Origin: Candidatus Eiseniibacteriota bacterium
GTDB lineage: Bacteria > Eisenbacteria > RBG-16-71-46
DNA length: 64,000 nucleotides
Reading direction: 5' to 3'
Assembly (NCBI GenBank): GCA_041483195.1
Contig: JBGPFC010000004.1
Span: forward strand, 1 to 64,000
This document shows, one piece after another, positions 9,932 to 19,419 of this stretch. The translations under genes and the position numbers were made by a program. The notes beneath the pieces were generated by a model. That model was not told the origin of the DNA and ran no database searches. It was given only the letters and a program-made list of their open reading frames with translations. Every line of letters starts with the position of its first letter. The stretch's first letter is position 1.

Positions 9932-10587
9932 GGCACACCGATCCGATAGCCGAGGCCGCGCACCGTCTCGATGGATGCCGGTCCGAGTTTGCGCCGCAAC
10001 CGGCCGATGAACACCTCGATCGTATTGGAGTCGCGCTCGAACGTCTGAGCATAAATGTGCTCTGTGAGCTCGGTCTGGGAAACGATCCGCTCCCCGTGGT
10101 GCATCAGATACGAGAGCACACGGTATTCATAACTCGTCAGGCGCACCGGCGCGCCATCCAGCGTCACCTTCGCCGTGCGAGGATCGAGCGTCAGCGCGCC
10201 GTGCCGCAGTTCGGTCTGGAGCTGTCCGGCGTCCCGCCGGATCAGTGCGCGCACCCGCGCCATCACCTCTTCGACCTGAAACGGCTTCACCACGTAATCA
10301 TCCGCGCCGGCGTCGATTCCCTCGACCTTCTCGTGCCACGATGCTCGGGCGGTGAGCACCAGGATCGGCACCCCGTTTGCCGCGGAGCGGCACCGCTGCA
10401 GCACGGCGAGGCCGTCCATCTTCGGCAGCCCGAGATCGAGGATCGCAGCGTCGTACCGTTCCGTCCCCAACAGGAAGTCCGCTCTTTCTCCGTCGGTTGC
10501 GACATCGACCGCGTAGCCGCACACCTCGAACGCGGATGCGAGGTGGCGAGCGAGACGGTCTTCGTCTTCGACGATGAGGAGGCGCAT
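9928..10587 (-). CDS. OmpR/PhoP-family response regulator
   Basis: LIVEDE, ILDLGLP, GADDYVVKPF and IETVRGLGY motifs. Confidence 0.95.
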   Translation of the reverse strand: MRLLIVEDEDRLARHLASAFEVCGYAVDVATDGERADFLLGTERYDAAILDLGLPKMDGLAVLQRCRSAANGVPILVLTARASWHEKVEGIDAGADDYVVKPFQVEEVMARVRALIRRDAGQLQTELRHGALTLDPRTAKVTLDGAPVRLTSYEYRVLSYLMHHGERIVSQTELTEHIYAQTFERDSNTIEVFIGRLRRKLGPASIETVRGLGYRIGVP

Positions 10588-10633
10588 GGGTTGGGGTACG
10601 TCGTCGGCCAGGGCGGATTGTGACGCCCGCCTG

Positions 10634-10672
10634 CTGAACGGCCGCTGAACGATCGGTTCAGGCTCCGTTCAG
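10634..10672. promoter_or_regulatory. Four-box operator CTGAAC-N5-CTGAAC-N5-GTTCAG-N5-GTTCAG
   Basis: Exact hexamers at 10634, 10645, 10656 and 10667 (11-bp period) between divergent genes. Confidence 0.65.
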
Positions 10673-10804
10673 CGAAACATCTCCAGTATGTATGGGCGCC
10701 ATGAAATCGCGACGGGTCAGGGGAGCTGCCGATCCCGCTTCGACCCGTCGAATCATGGCGGGGCTGAGGCGGATCGACCCGAAGTGCTTCACGAAGGAGA
10801 GGCG

Positions 10805-11266
10805 ATGCCGAACCTGACTACGAACGCAGCCAAGCCAGCATTCTCACGAACGCTCCCCACGCGCTCAGTCACTCGATTGCTGTCGTCGAGCGCGGCGTTG
10901 GTCGCCACACTGCTCGTCGCGTCGACGGTGTTTGCGGCCGAGGTGATCCGCCGCGGCGCGCCGATCCCCTCGGATGGCACGATCATCCCTCTTGCCAGCG
11001 TCATCTCGAACCCGGGAGCGTTCACACGAGATGAGTTTATCACGGAAGGCACGGTCCGGAAGGCGTGCATCTTCGCAGGGTGCTGGATGACGATCGCACC
11101 CGACGCTTCGTCGCCGGCGATGCGAGTGGTTTTCAAGCGTGGGGCGTTCGTCGTGCCGAGGTTCAGCGCGCATCGCCACGCGCGGCTGCTCGGGAGGGTG
11201 ATAGTCAAGGACAGCAAGGCGACGTTCGTGGCGAGCGGCGTGGAGCTGACGAGGAAATCGAAATGA
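10805..11266 (+). CDS. Secreted DUF4920-like OB-fold protein
   Basis: SD GAAGGAG, signal peptide, EGTVRKACIFAGCWM motif and C-terminal FVASGV. Confidence 0.65.
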   Translation: MPNLTTNAAKPAFSRTLPTRSVTRLLSSSAALVATLLVASTVFAAEVIRRGAPIPSDGTIIPLASVISNPGAFTRDEFITEGTVRKACIFAGCWMTIAPDASSPAMRVVFKRGAFVVPRFSAHRHARLLGRVIVKDSKATFVASGVELTRKSK

Positions 11267-11982
11267 GCGGCGTATTCGACGTATCGCCCCGGGCGCAGGC
11301 TCGCATCGCCGGCGCCGTGTACCTCGCCACCGGAACGGCAGCGGTGATTGGAGAGATGTTCGTGCGCGGAAAGCTGATCGTGCGCGGCGACCCGGCAGCG
11401 ACTGCTGCGAACATTCTCTCGCACGCGACGCTGTGGCGCGCGGGTGGTGTCGCGGATCTCTTCGCCGCGGCAGGCGACGCCACCCTCGCGCTCCTGTTCT
11501 TCGTTCTCTTCGCGGGAGTGAGCCGGCCGATCTCGCTGCTCGCCGCATTCTTCAGACTCATCCACGTCGCGGTGCTGGCGACCATCACGCTGCTGCATTT
11601 CGCTCCGCTGGCGTACCTCTCGACGGCGGCGCCGTTGATCGGGATGAGTACGGCGCAGCTCCAGGCCCAGGCGTTCGCGTCGCTTCGGTTGCACGCGATC
11701 GGCTACAACATCGCCCTCTTCTTCTTCGGCTTCACCTGCATCGCCCTCGGATTTCTGATCTCGCGCTCCTCTTTCCTGCCGCGCCTCATCGGTGTGTGGT
11801 TGGCGATCGCCGGAGCGGCGTATGTCGTGAACAGCGCCCTCCACTTTCTCGCTCCTGCCTATGGCGCGCAGTTCTTCCGGTACGTGCTGGTGCCGTGCGG
11901 CCTGGGCGAGCTGGTGCTGATGGTGTGGCTGCTCGTCTTCGGATTGAATGAGGAGCGATGGAGACCGGGTGTGGCGACCTGA
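11263..11982 (+). CDS. DUF4386 family membrane protein
   Basis: ARIAGAVYL, GDPAATAANI and SFLPRLIGVWL; multiple TM helices. Confidence 0.8.
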   Translation: MSGVFDVSPRAQARIAGAVYLATGTAAVIGEMFVRGKLIVRGDPAATAANILSHATLWRAGGVADLFAAAGDATLALLFFVLFAGVSRPISLLAAFFRLIHVAVLATITLLHFAPLAYLSTAAPLIGMSTAQLQAQAFASLRLHAIGYNIALFFFGFTCIALGFLISRSSFLPRLIGVWLAIAGAAYVVNSALHFLAPAYGAQFFRYVLVPCGLGELVLMVWLLVFGLNEERWRPGVAT

Positions 11983-12075
11983 GCCTGGTCGGCGCCGATC
12001 GGCATGGTGGGGGGCGGGACCGGGAGGTCCTGTTCGGGCGCCTCCGGATTCGCCGGGAGCGGCCCGAGGGCTCTG

Positions 12076-14265
12076 CTACGCTCCCACCGCCGGCCGCCGC
12101 AGGTCGATCGCCCTGCGCAGCACGCTCAGGAACGCGCTCGAGAGCATGATGATCGCGCCGATCCACACCAGGTTGATGAGCGGCTTGGTGCTGATCTCGA
12201 CCGCCAGCACGTCGCCGCCGCGGCCCATCTGCGTCATGCCCGGCACCTCGAGCGCGACCCGCCCGGTGGTGGGATCCACCGACGAGATCTGCACCGAGGC
12301 CCCGCCCGGCAGGTAGTCCGGGATGCGGTTGGGCACGCCGCTCGCGAGGTTCATCTCGAGCACCGGCCGCGCGGTGACCGTGCGGCCGCCGATCTCGACG
12401 CGCAGCCGCGCGGCGACCCGCACCACGTCTCCCATCTGGCGGTCGAAGTCGATGAACGTGTACTTCACCTGCCCGACCTGCTTGGTCTCGCCCTTGGACA
12501 GCCACAGCGCGCCGCCACCGGGATCGTCTCCCACGATCTCGAGCGGGGAGATGTACACGTCGTGCGTGAGGAAGCGCTCGATGTGCGGCTTCTTCATGTA
12601 GCCCTGGTTGAACTCGCTCCAGAACAGCGCGGGCGCCGCCTGGAACTTGCGGCCCGGCGTGTCCACCGCGATCAGCACGTGGTCCTTGCCGTTCTTCGAC
12701 TTCTGCACGCCCTCGAAGGTGAGCCGGTATCCGAGCGCGGCCCGCACCTGTCCCTGCGGCAGCTGGACCTGGGCCGAGCGGCCATACCCCGATGAGGCGA
12801 CGATCCCGATCAGCAGCACCGCGGCGCCGAGGTGACCGAGGTAGGCGACGCCGTGCTTCCACCCCGCGCGGAATCCGCGCGCCGTCACGATCGCGTTGGC
12901 CGCGAGCGCGAACGAAGCTGCGAACACGATGGCCGCCGGCAGCGGATCGCGGACTCCAGCCACCACGGCCGCGAGCGCGACCAGCACCGCGACCACGATC
13001 GCGGGCAGCGCGGCGCGCAGCAGCGCGCCCGCCTCCTGCTTGCGCCAACGCATGAGCGGCGCGAGCCCCAGCAGCACGCCCATCGCCACCGCGAGCGGCG
13101 CGTTGACCAGGTTGTAGTACGAGGTCTGGACGTTCGAGGGCGGGCCGAACATGCGGGTGATGAGCGGCGCGCTCATCCCGACCGCGGTGAGCGCGCACAT
13201 CAGCATGAAGACCAGCTGCCCGAGCCACATCATCGATTCGCGCGAGAAGCTCCCGAGCGCCTCCTTGGGGCCCGGGATGTCGCGCAGCCGGAACAGCAGC
13301 GTGCCGTAGCCCGCGACCACCACCACCCCCAGGAACGAGAGCAGGAATCCGTTCAGCCCGAGATTGACGAACGAGTGCACCGAGAAATCCGCGAGCACGC
13401 CGCTGCGCGTGAGGAACGAAGCGTAGAGCACCAGCGCGTAGCTCGTGATCGCGAGGAAGAAGTTGGTGCGGCGCAGGCTCCCGGTGACGCGCTGCACCAG
13501 CAGGCCGTGCAGCAGCGCGATGTTGCAGAGCCAGGGGATGAACGACCCGTTCTCGACCGGGTCCCAGCCCCAGTAGCCGCCCCAGCCCAGCACCTTGTAG
13601 GCCCACACCCCGCCCATGATGAAGCCGGTCGCGAGGATCGCGACCGAGAACACCACCCAGGGCAGCGCCGGCTTGATCCAGCCGTCGTAGTCGCGGCGCA
13701 CCAGCGCCGCCATCGCGATCGCGAACGGCACCACCAGCGATGAGAACCCGGTGAACAGCACCGGCGGGTGGATCGTCATCCACGGGTCCTGCAGCAGCGG
13801 GTTCAGGCCCTGGCCGTCGGGCGGCACGTGCCCGGCCGCGAACATCAGGAACGGCCCGCGCATCACGGTGACGAGGCCCAGCATCACGAGCGGAAGGTTC
13901 ATGAACAGCATCGCGGGGGTGGTGAGCGCGTGGCGCACCCGCATCAGCACCAACCCCAACGTGCACGTGACGAGCGCCCACAGCACGAACGTGCCTTCCT
14001 GCCCGCCCCAGAACGCGGCGTACAGGTAGTGCGGCTCCATCGCGCGCGAGGAGTAGCTCGCGACGTATTCGTAGCGGAAGTCGTGGCGGAAGAGCAGCGT
14101 CCAGAGCGTCGCCGCGGCGCCCGCGAGCGCGAGCCACTGCACGCGGAACGCGATGCGCGCGGGGCGCAGCGCCGCCTCGCGGCCGCCGGTGGCGGCGAGG
14201 TAGGCGAGCGCGGATGCGAGTGCTGCGAGGAACGCGGTCCAGCCGAGCAGCTGGCCCAGGTTCAC
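12076..14265 (-). CDS. ccmF: Cytochrome c heme lyase CcmF
   Basis: FWGGQEG, GLNPLLQDPWMTIHPP, WGGYWGWDPVEN and FLTRSGVLADFSVHSF; GTG start inferred. Confidence 0.93.
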   Translation of the reverse strand: MNLGQLLGWTAFLAALASALAYLAATGGREAALRPARIAFRVQWLALAGAAATLWTLLFRHDFRYEYVASYSSRAMEPHYLYAAFWGGQEGTFVLWALVTCTLGLVLMRVRHALTTPAMLFMNLPLVMLGLVTVMRGPFLMFAAGHVPPDGQGLNPLLQDPWMTIHPPVLFTGFSSLVVPFAIAMAALVRRDYDGWIKPALPWVVFSVAILATGFIMGGVWAYKVLGWGGYWGWDPVENGSFIPWLCNIALLHGLLVQRVTGSLRRTNFFLAITSYALVLYASFLTRSGVLADFSVHSFVNLGLNGFLLSFLGVVVVAGYGTLLFRLRDIPGPKEALGSFSRESMMWLGQLVFMLMCALTAVGMSAPLITRMFGPPSNVQTSYYNLVNAPLAVAMGVLLGLAPLMRWRKQEAGALLRAALPAIVVAVLVALAAVVAGVRDPLPAAIVFAASFALAANAIVTARGFRAGWKHGVAYLGHLGAAVLLIGIVASSGYGRSAQVQLPQGQVRAALGYRLTFEGVQKSKNGKDHVLIAVDTPGRKFQAAPALFWSEFNQGYMKKPHIERFLTHDVYISPLEIVGDDPGGGALWLSKGETKQVGQVKYTFIDFDRQMGDVVRVAARLRVEIGGRTVTARPVLEMNLASGVPNRIPDYLPGGASVQISSVDPTTGRVALEVPGMTQMGRGGDVLAVEISTKPLINLVWIGAIIMLSSAFLSVLRRAIDLRRPAVGA

Positions 14266-14648
14266 GAGACCGGCTTCTGCTTCAGTGCCTCGGCCTGATA
14301 CTTCGATGGACACTTGACCAGCAGCTGCTCGGCCTCGAAGTGATCGTTCGTGTAGCGTCCGATCGCGACGATCGAGGTGGCCTGGTCGAAGTTGCCCGGA
14401 ATCACGCCCCGATAGGTGACCTGCAGGACGTCGGAGCGGGAATCCTTGAGCTTGAACTCGAGGAACTGCTCGTCACGCTTCAGCACGTAGTTCTTGTCGG
14501 CCAGCACGCCGTTCACCTGCACCAGCCCGGGCGCGTGGCGCGCCTCGGCGAAGGAGATGTAGGGCGTCACCGACTTCTTGAAGCTCGACACCCCGACCGC
14601 GGTGGCGACCGCGAGCAGCCCCAGGGCGAGAATGACCTTCAGGTTCAT
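14262..14648 (-). CDS. ccmE: Heme chaperone CcmE (Cys-type)
   Basis: N-terminal anchor and LLVKCPSKY (CxxxY variant). Confidence 0.88.
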   Translation of the reverse strand: MNLKVILALGLLAVATAVGVSSFKKSVTPYISFAEARHAPGLVQVNGVLADKNYVLKRDEQFLEFKLKDSRSDVLQVTYRGVIPGNFDQATSIVAIGRYTNDHFEAEQLLVKCPSKYQAEALKQKPVS

Positions 14649-14752
14649 GACTTCTCCAGATCTCGAATCCGGCGCTCGAGACGCACGAGGTAGATGAAGA
14701 GCAGGCCCCACGTCAGCAGCGCGACCCCCATGACCACCAGATTGCCGTTCAA
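14645..14752 (-). CDS. ccmD: CcmD-like small membrane protein (35 aa, not in ORF track)
   Basis: TTG start, (M)NGNLVVMGVALLTWGLLFIYLVRLERRIRDLEKS; lies between ccmC and ccmE with an ATGA overlap. Confidence 0.75.
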   Translation of the reverse strand: MNGNLVVMGVALLTWGLLFIYLVRLERRIRDLEKS

Positions 14753-14770
14753 CCGACGCCCCCCGGGAAG

Positions 14771-15430
14771 CTATCCCGCGTGAAGGGTTTCCAAGCGCGA
14801 CCGTTCGATGCGCGCGAAGCGCACCCGGACCGACAACAGCCAGAAGAATAGCGCGGTGAATCCCAGCAGCATTGCAAAAAACACGATGCGGATCCGCGGA
14901 TCCATGTCGATCTTGCCCTGCGGGTTGATGATCGGATCCGGATGCAGCGAAAAGTAAATGCGCGGCACGACGAACATCAGGAACGGCACCGCAACAAACG
15001 CGCTGGCCGAGTAAACCGCCGAGAGCCGCGCGCGGCGCTCGTCACCCTCCACCGCGCTGCGCAGCGCCAGGTAGGCCGCGTAGATCAGCAGCAGGAAGAA
15101 GATCGACGTCTCGCGCGGGTCCCAGTTCCAGTATGAGCCCCACATCGCCTTGGCCCACATCGAGCCGCTCACCGTGGCCACGACGCAGAAGATGATGCCC
15201 AGCTCGGCGGCGGCGGCCGCCTGGTGATCGTGCTCCAGCTTTCGCCGCCTCAGGTACAGGACACTGTGGACCATGGACCAGCCCAGCGCCAGCACCGTAA
15301 TCCATGCCGCCGGAATGTGGAAATAGAGAACGCGGGTGGTCGAGCCGAGCACCGGGACCACCGGGGCCCAGACGAAGGCCGCGACCAGACATGCCGCGAT
15401 CCACAGGAAGAGCAGTCCGCGCAGGATCAT
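14771..15430 (-). CDS. ccmC: Heme exporter CcmC
   Basis: YFHIP, WAKAMWGSYWNWDPRETS and SLHP motifs. Confidence 0.93.
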   Translation of the reverse strand: MILRGLLFLWIAACLVAAFVWAPVVPVLGSTTRVLYFHIPAAWITVLALGWSMVHSVLYLRRRKLEHDHQAAAAAELGIIFCVVATVSGSMWAKAMWGSYWNWDPRETSIFFLLLIYAAYLALRSAVEGDERRARLSAVYSASAFVAVPFLMFVVPRIYFSLHPDPIINPQGKIDMDPRIRIVFFAMLLGFTALFFWLLSVRVRFARIERSRLETLHAG

Positions 15431-15431
15431 C

Positions 15432-16106
15432 TCAGTCCTCCCAGAGGTGGTCGTAGAGGAGCAGGCTCATGCCGAAAACCGCGATCGCGTACGAGGCCAG
15501 CAGCCGCGCCTCGGCGTCGATCGGGGCGCCCAGCCACTGTCCGCGCGTGCCCTTGACCGCCGCCGCCAGCACCGGCAGCAGCAGTGGCAGCGAGACCCCC
15601 GCGAACAGCGCGCCCCGGCCGCGGGTCTGCGCGATGATCGCGCTCACCAGCGTCGCGGAGGCCGCCAGCGCGACGCTCCCCAGCGCGAGCACCGCGAGGA
15701 ACGGCCCCCAGGCGGGCGGCGGGCCGCCCATCAGCACCAGGAACAGCGGCACCGTCACCAGCTCCAGCACCGCGAGGAACAGCAGGTTGAAGAGCAGCTT
15801 GCCGAGCGCGATCGCGGTCGGCGGCGCGACCAGCCGCAGCAGCGTGAGCGTGTGCCCCTCGACCTCGCGCACGAACGCGTGGCTGAGCGATGCGAGCGCC
15901 GCGAACAGCAGCACGATCCACAGCAGCGCGCTCAGGATGTCGGTGCGATCGCCGAGCCGCCCCACGGCGAAGCTCACGCCCGTCAGCGTCGTGATCGCGA
16001 ACAGCAATGCCGCGTTGAGCCCGTAGCGCGTGCGCCACTCGCTGCGGCACTCCTTACGAAGGATCGCCCAGACCGCGACCGCGGAGTTCGATCCGCTGCG
16101 CCCCAA
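15432..16106 (-). CDS. ccmB: Heme exporter CcmB
   Basis: ILRKECRSEWR, FVREVEGHTL, LGKLLFN and LPLLLPVL; start approximate. Confidence 0.88.
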   Translation of the reverse strand: MGRSGSNSAVAVWAILRKECRSEWRTRYGLNAALLFAITTLTGVSFAVGRLGDRTDILSALLWIVLLFAALASLSHAFVREVEGHTLTLLRLVAPPTAIALGKLLFNLLFLAVLELVTVPLFLVLMGGPPPAWGPFLAVLALGSVALAASATLVSAIIAQTRGRGALFAGVSLPLLLPVLAAAVKGTRGQWLGAPIDAEARLLASYAIAVFGMSLLLYDHLWED

Positions 16107-16752
16107 GTCTCCACTCCCTTTCGTCGTTGGTCGCGAGCAACACCAGGCCGCTCGCCCCGCATTCCCGCACCACGCGCGCGACCACCGCGCGCCCTTCGTC
16201 GTCGAGATGGCTGCCCGGCTCATCGAGCAGCAGCAGCGCCGGCCCGTGCATCAGCGCGAACGCGAGCCGCAGCCGCTGCTTCATGCCGGATGAGAGCGCG
16301 TCCACGCGATCGCGCGCGCGGCGCTCGAGCCCGACCCGCTCGAGCGCGACCGCCACCGTGCGGCGCGCATCCTTCAGCCCGCGCGCTTCGGCAACGAAGT
16401 CGAGATTCTCGGCCACCGTCATCTCGTCGTAGAACTGAAGCTCGGGCGATGCGAGGCCCACGTGAGCGCGGCGATCCGCGGGCGGGATCGCGCGCCCGGA
16501 CACCGTGAGCGTCGCGCTCCCGCCGGTCGGGCGCAGCAGGCCGGCCACGATCCGCAGCAGCGTGCTCTTGCCCGAGCCGTTCGCCCCGGTCACCGCCACC
16601 ACGCCCGGCGCGGCGAGCGAGAAGCTCACCGGCTCGAGCCCGCGGCGTGCGCCGTAGCGATGCTCGAGCGCGCGCGCCTCGAGCGTGAGCGCGACGGCGG
16701 CGAGCGGCTCGGCGATCGCCACGCCCTGCCCCGCGTCGCGCGTCGCGCTCAC
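16054..16752 (-). CDS. ccmA: Heme ABC exporter ATPase CcmA
   Basis: GANGSGKST, LSSGMKQR and LLLLDEP; position in the ccm operon. Confidence 0.88.
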   Translation of the reverse strand: MSATRDAGQGVAIAEPLAAVALTLEARALEHRYGARRGLEPVSFSLAAPGVVAVTGANGSGKSTLLRIVAGLLRPTGGSATLTVSGRAIPPADRRAHVGLASPELQFYDEMTVAENLDFVAEARGLKDARRTVAVALERVGLERRARDRVDALSSGMKQRLRLAFALMHGPALLLLDEPGSHLDDEGRAVVARVVRECGASGLVLLATNDEREWRLGAQRIELRGRGLGDPS

Positions 16753-17807
16753 GCCGGCCTCGCGGGCGCGGCGGCGGGCGCCGGCGCCGGCGCGGCCGCG
16801 GCCGGATCGAGCGCCGCGATCAGTCGGCCGATCTCGGGCAGCACACGCGCGCGCGCATCGGCGCGCGGTCCGCGCAGCAGCACGCCCGCCGCGTGAATGT
16901 GCCCGCCGCCGCCCAGGTTCGAGCACACGCGGTCGATCGACACGCGGCCGGTCGAGCGCAGCGAGACCTTGACCTTGCCCGGCTCCACCTCCGAGAACAG
17001 CGCGACCACCTCCACCCCCGCGATGGTGCGCGGCATGTCGACCAGGCCCTCGGTGTCTGAGCCGTCGAGGCCGTGGCGCTGGAACTGCTCGGGCGAGGCC
17101 TCGAGCACGACCAGCCGTCCGTCTTCGAGCAGTTGCAGGCCCGCGAGCACCTCGCCGAAGAAGCGCAGCCGCCCCGCGGAGGCGTGCGAGTGCACCTGCG
17201 AGTGGATGCGCTGCGGATCGAGCCCGCGCGCGAGCAGCTCCGCCGCCATGCGGTGCGCGTGGCTGTCGGTGTTCGAGTAGCGGAACGACCCGGTGTCGGT
17301 CATCAGCGCCACGTAGAGCGCCTCCGCGATCTCGCGCGTGATCTCGCCATTCGCCTCGCGGATCAGGTCGAACACGATCTCGCCGGTGGAGGATGCCTCG
17401 GCCTCGATCACGTTCACCTGCCCGAAGCCCTCCGCGTGCGTGACGTGGTGGTCCACCACCGCGGTCGGGAGGCCGCGTCGCTCGAGCACCGGGGCGAGCC
17501 GGCCGATGCGCTGGCGATTGCTGGTGTCGAGCACGATCACGGCGTCGGCCTCCGCGAAACGCCGCTCCGCGAGCTCTGGCTCGAACGACTCGATGGTCTG
17601 CTCGCGGATCAGGAACAGGAACGAGGTCGGCACCACCGAGTCGTTGAGCACGCTCACGCTCGCGCCGCGCTGGCGCAGCCAGAGGGCGAGCGCCACCTCG
17701 CTGCCGAGGCCGTCGCCGTCGGGATTGATGTGGGTGGTGAGCAGGAAACGGCGATGCTTCGCGACGAACTCGTGAAACGAGCGGCGAGCGGCGGCCGCCG
17801 GGCTCAC
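16749..17807 (-). CDS. nrnA: DHH/DHHA1 phosphoesterase (NrnA-like)
   Basis: THINPDGD, VDHH, TDTGSF, KVSLRS and GGGGHIHAAG motifs. Confidence 0.88.
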   Translation of the reverse strand: MSPAAAARRSFHEFVAKHRRFLLTTHINPDGDGLGSEVALALWLRQRGASVSVLNDSVVPTSFLFLIREQTIESFEPELAERRFAEADAVIVLDTSNRQRIGRLAPVLERRGLPTAVVDHHVTHAEGFGQVNVIEAEASSTGEIVFDLIREANGEITREIAEALYVALMTDTGSFRYSNTDSHAHRMAAELLARGLDPQRIHSQVHSHASAGRLRFFGEVLAGLQLLEDGRLVVLEASPEQFQRHGLDGSDTEGLVDMPRTIAGVEVVALFSEVEPGKVKVSLRSTGRVSIDRVCSNLGGGGHIHAAGVLLRGPRADARARVLPEIGRLIAALDPAAAAPAPAPAAAPARPA

Positions 17808-18475
17808 GCCGCCTCCGCGCGGGCCCGAGCGGCGTCGGGCGCTGGCGCTGGCGCCGGCATCAGCGCGAGCCCCGCGACCTCCGCGAGGAACCAGCGGTGG
17901 AAGCGCAGATCGGAGGTGAGCTCGGGATGGAAGCACAGCCCCACCACGCGCCCGCAGCGCACGCCGACCGGCTCGCCCCCGCGGCGCGCCACCACCTCGA
18001 CCCCATCCCCGACGCGCGTGATGCGCGGGGCGCGGATGAACACGCCCGGGAACGTCCCGCCCACCACCGCGGCCTCCAGCGTGTCGTGGAACGAATCGAT
18101 CTGACGCCCGTAGGCGTTGCGCTCGACGTCCACGTCGATCGCGCGCAGCGTCGGGGACGGCAATCGGCCCGACGAGGCGCCGAGCAGGATCACGCCGGCG
18201 CAAGTGCCCAGCACCGGGCGCTCGCGCACGAAGGCCGCCAGCGGCTCGCGCAGGTGGTTGGCCTCGATCAGCCGCAGCATGGTGGTGGACTCCCCGCCCG
18301 GCATGACCAGCGCGTCGAGCCCTTCGAGGTCGCGCGGCAGCGTCACGCGCACCACCTCGACGCCGAGCGCCTCGAGCGCCGCGCGATGGCACGCGAAGTC
18401 GCCCTGGAGGCTCAGCACGCCAACGCGCGGCGCGCGCACCGCCGCGCCGGGCATCGCACCGGGTTCCATCGTCAC
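17804..18475 (-). CDS. pdxT: Pyridoxal 5'-phosphate synthase glutaminase subunit
   Basis: GVLSLQGDF, PGGESTT, GTCAG, RNAYGRQ, FIRAP and FHPEL motifs. Confidence 0.95.
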   Translation of the reverse strand: MTMEPGAMPGAAVRAPRVGVLSLQGDFACHRAALEALGVEVVRVTLPRDLEGLDALVMPGGESTTMLRLIEANHLREPLAAFVRERPVLGTCAGVILLGASSGRLPSPTLRAIDVDVERNAYGRQIDSFHDTLEAAVVGGTFPGVFIRAPRITRVGDGVEVVARRGGEPVGVRCGRVVGLCFHPELTSDLRFHRWFLAEVAGLALMPAPAPAPDAARARAEAA

Positions 18476-18479
18476 GCCC

Positions 18480-19394
18480 TCACCATCCGCGCTTCGCGAG
18501 CTGCTGGTCCTCGGGGATCGATTCCAGCGACAGGCCCTTCATCGGCTTCGGCAGCCCCTCGCTGATCTCCGCGAGGATCGCGGGCTCGCGGTAGTGCGTG
18601 ACCGCCTTGACGATCGCCTGCGCCATGCGCAGCTGCTCCTTGCGCTGATCCTCGGGCTTGAGGTCGAGCCCCACCTCGAAGATCCCGGAGCCGACGAACA
18701 CCGACTCGGCGCCGAGCTGCATCATGAGCGCGGCATCGGCCGGGGTCGCGACCCCGCCCGCCGCGAAGTTGGGCACCGGCAGCTTGCCGGTGCGCGCGAC
18801 CTGCTTCACCAGCTCGTACGGCGCGCCGAGCTCCTTGGCCGCGGCCATCAGCTCGTCGTCGCGCAGCGTGGAGAGGTTCCGGATCCCGTGCATCACCGCG
18901 CGCATGTGGCGCACCGCCTCGACCACGTTGCCGGTCCCCGCCTCGCCCTTGGTGCGAATCAACGCCGCGCCCTCTCCGATCCGGCGCAGCGCCTCTCCCA
19001 GATCGCGACAGCCGCACACGAACGGCACCTTGAACGGATGCTTGTCGATGTGATGGGCCTCGTCGGCCGGGGTCAGCACCTCGCTCTCGTCGATGAAGTC
19101 GACGCCCAGCGCCTCGAGGATCTGCGCCTCGACGGTGTGGCCGATCCGGCACTTCGCCATGACCGGGATCGAGACCCCGGATTCGATATCCTTGATGAGC
19201 CGCGGATCGCTCATGCGCGCGACCCCGCCCTCGCGACGGATGCGCGCCGGGATGCGCTCCAGCGCCATCACGGCGGCCGCGCCCGCTTCCTCGGCGATCC
19301 GCGCGTGGTCCGGCGTCATGACGTCCATGATGACGCCGCCCTTCAGCATCTCCGCGAGGCCCACCTTGAGCCGGAACTGTTCCTGATGATTCAC
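18480..19394 (-). CDS. pdxS: Pyridoxal 5'-phosphate synthase lyase subunit
   Basis: [30 protein letters not shown] and [13 protein letters not shown] motifs. Confidence 0.97.
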   Translation of the reverse strand: MNHQEQFRLKVGLAEMLKGGVIMDVMTPDHARIAEEAGAAAVMALERIPARIRREGGVARMSDPRLIKDIESGVSIPVMAKCRIGHTVEAQILEALGVDFIDESEVLTPADEAHHIDKHPFKVPFVCGCRDLGEALRRIGEGAALIRTKGEAGTGNVVEAVRHMRAVMHGIRNLSTLRDDELMAAAKELGAPYELVKQVARTGKLPVPNFAAGGVATPADAALMMQLGAESVFVGSGIFEVGLDLKPEDQRKEQLRMAQAIVKAVTHYREPAILAEISEGLPKPMKGLSLESIPEDQQLAKRGW

Positions 19395-19419
19395 CGGACC
19401 ACTCCTCTCTCCGCCGCGC

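Noticed and set aside
8066..9949. 627-aa ORF as a real fusion protein
   Set aside because: Beyond about 8930 it is only the antisense frame of the kinase gene.
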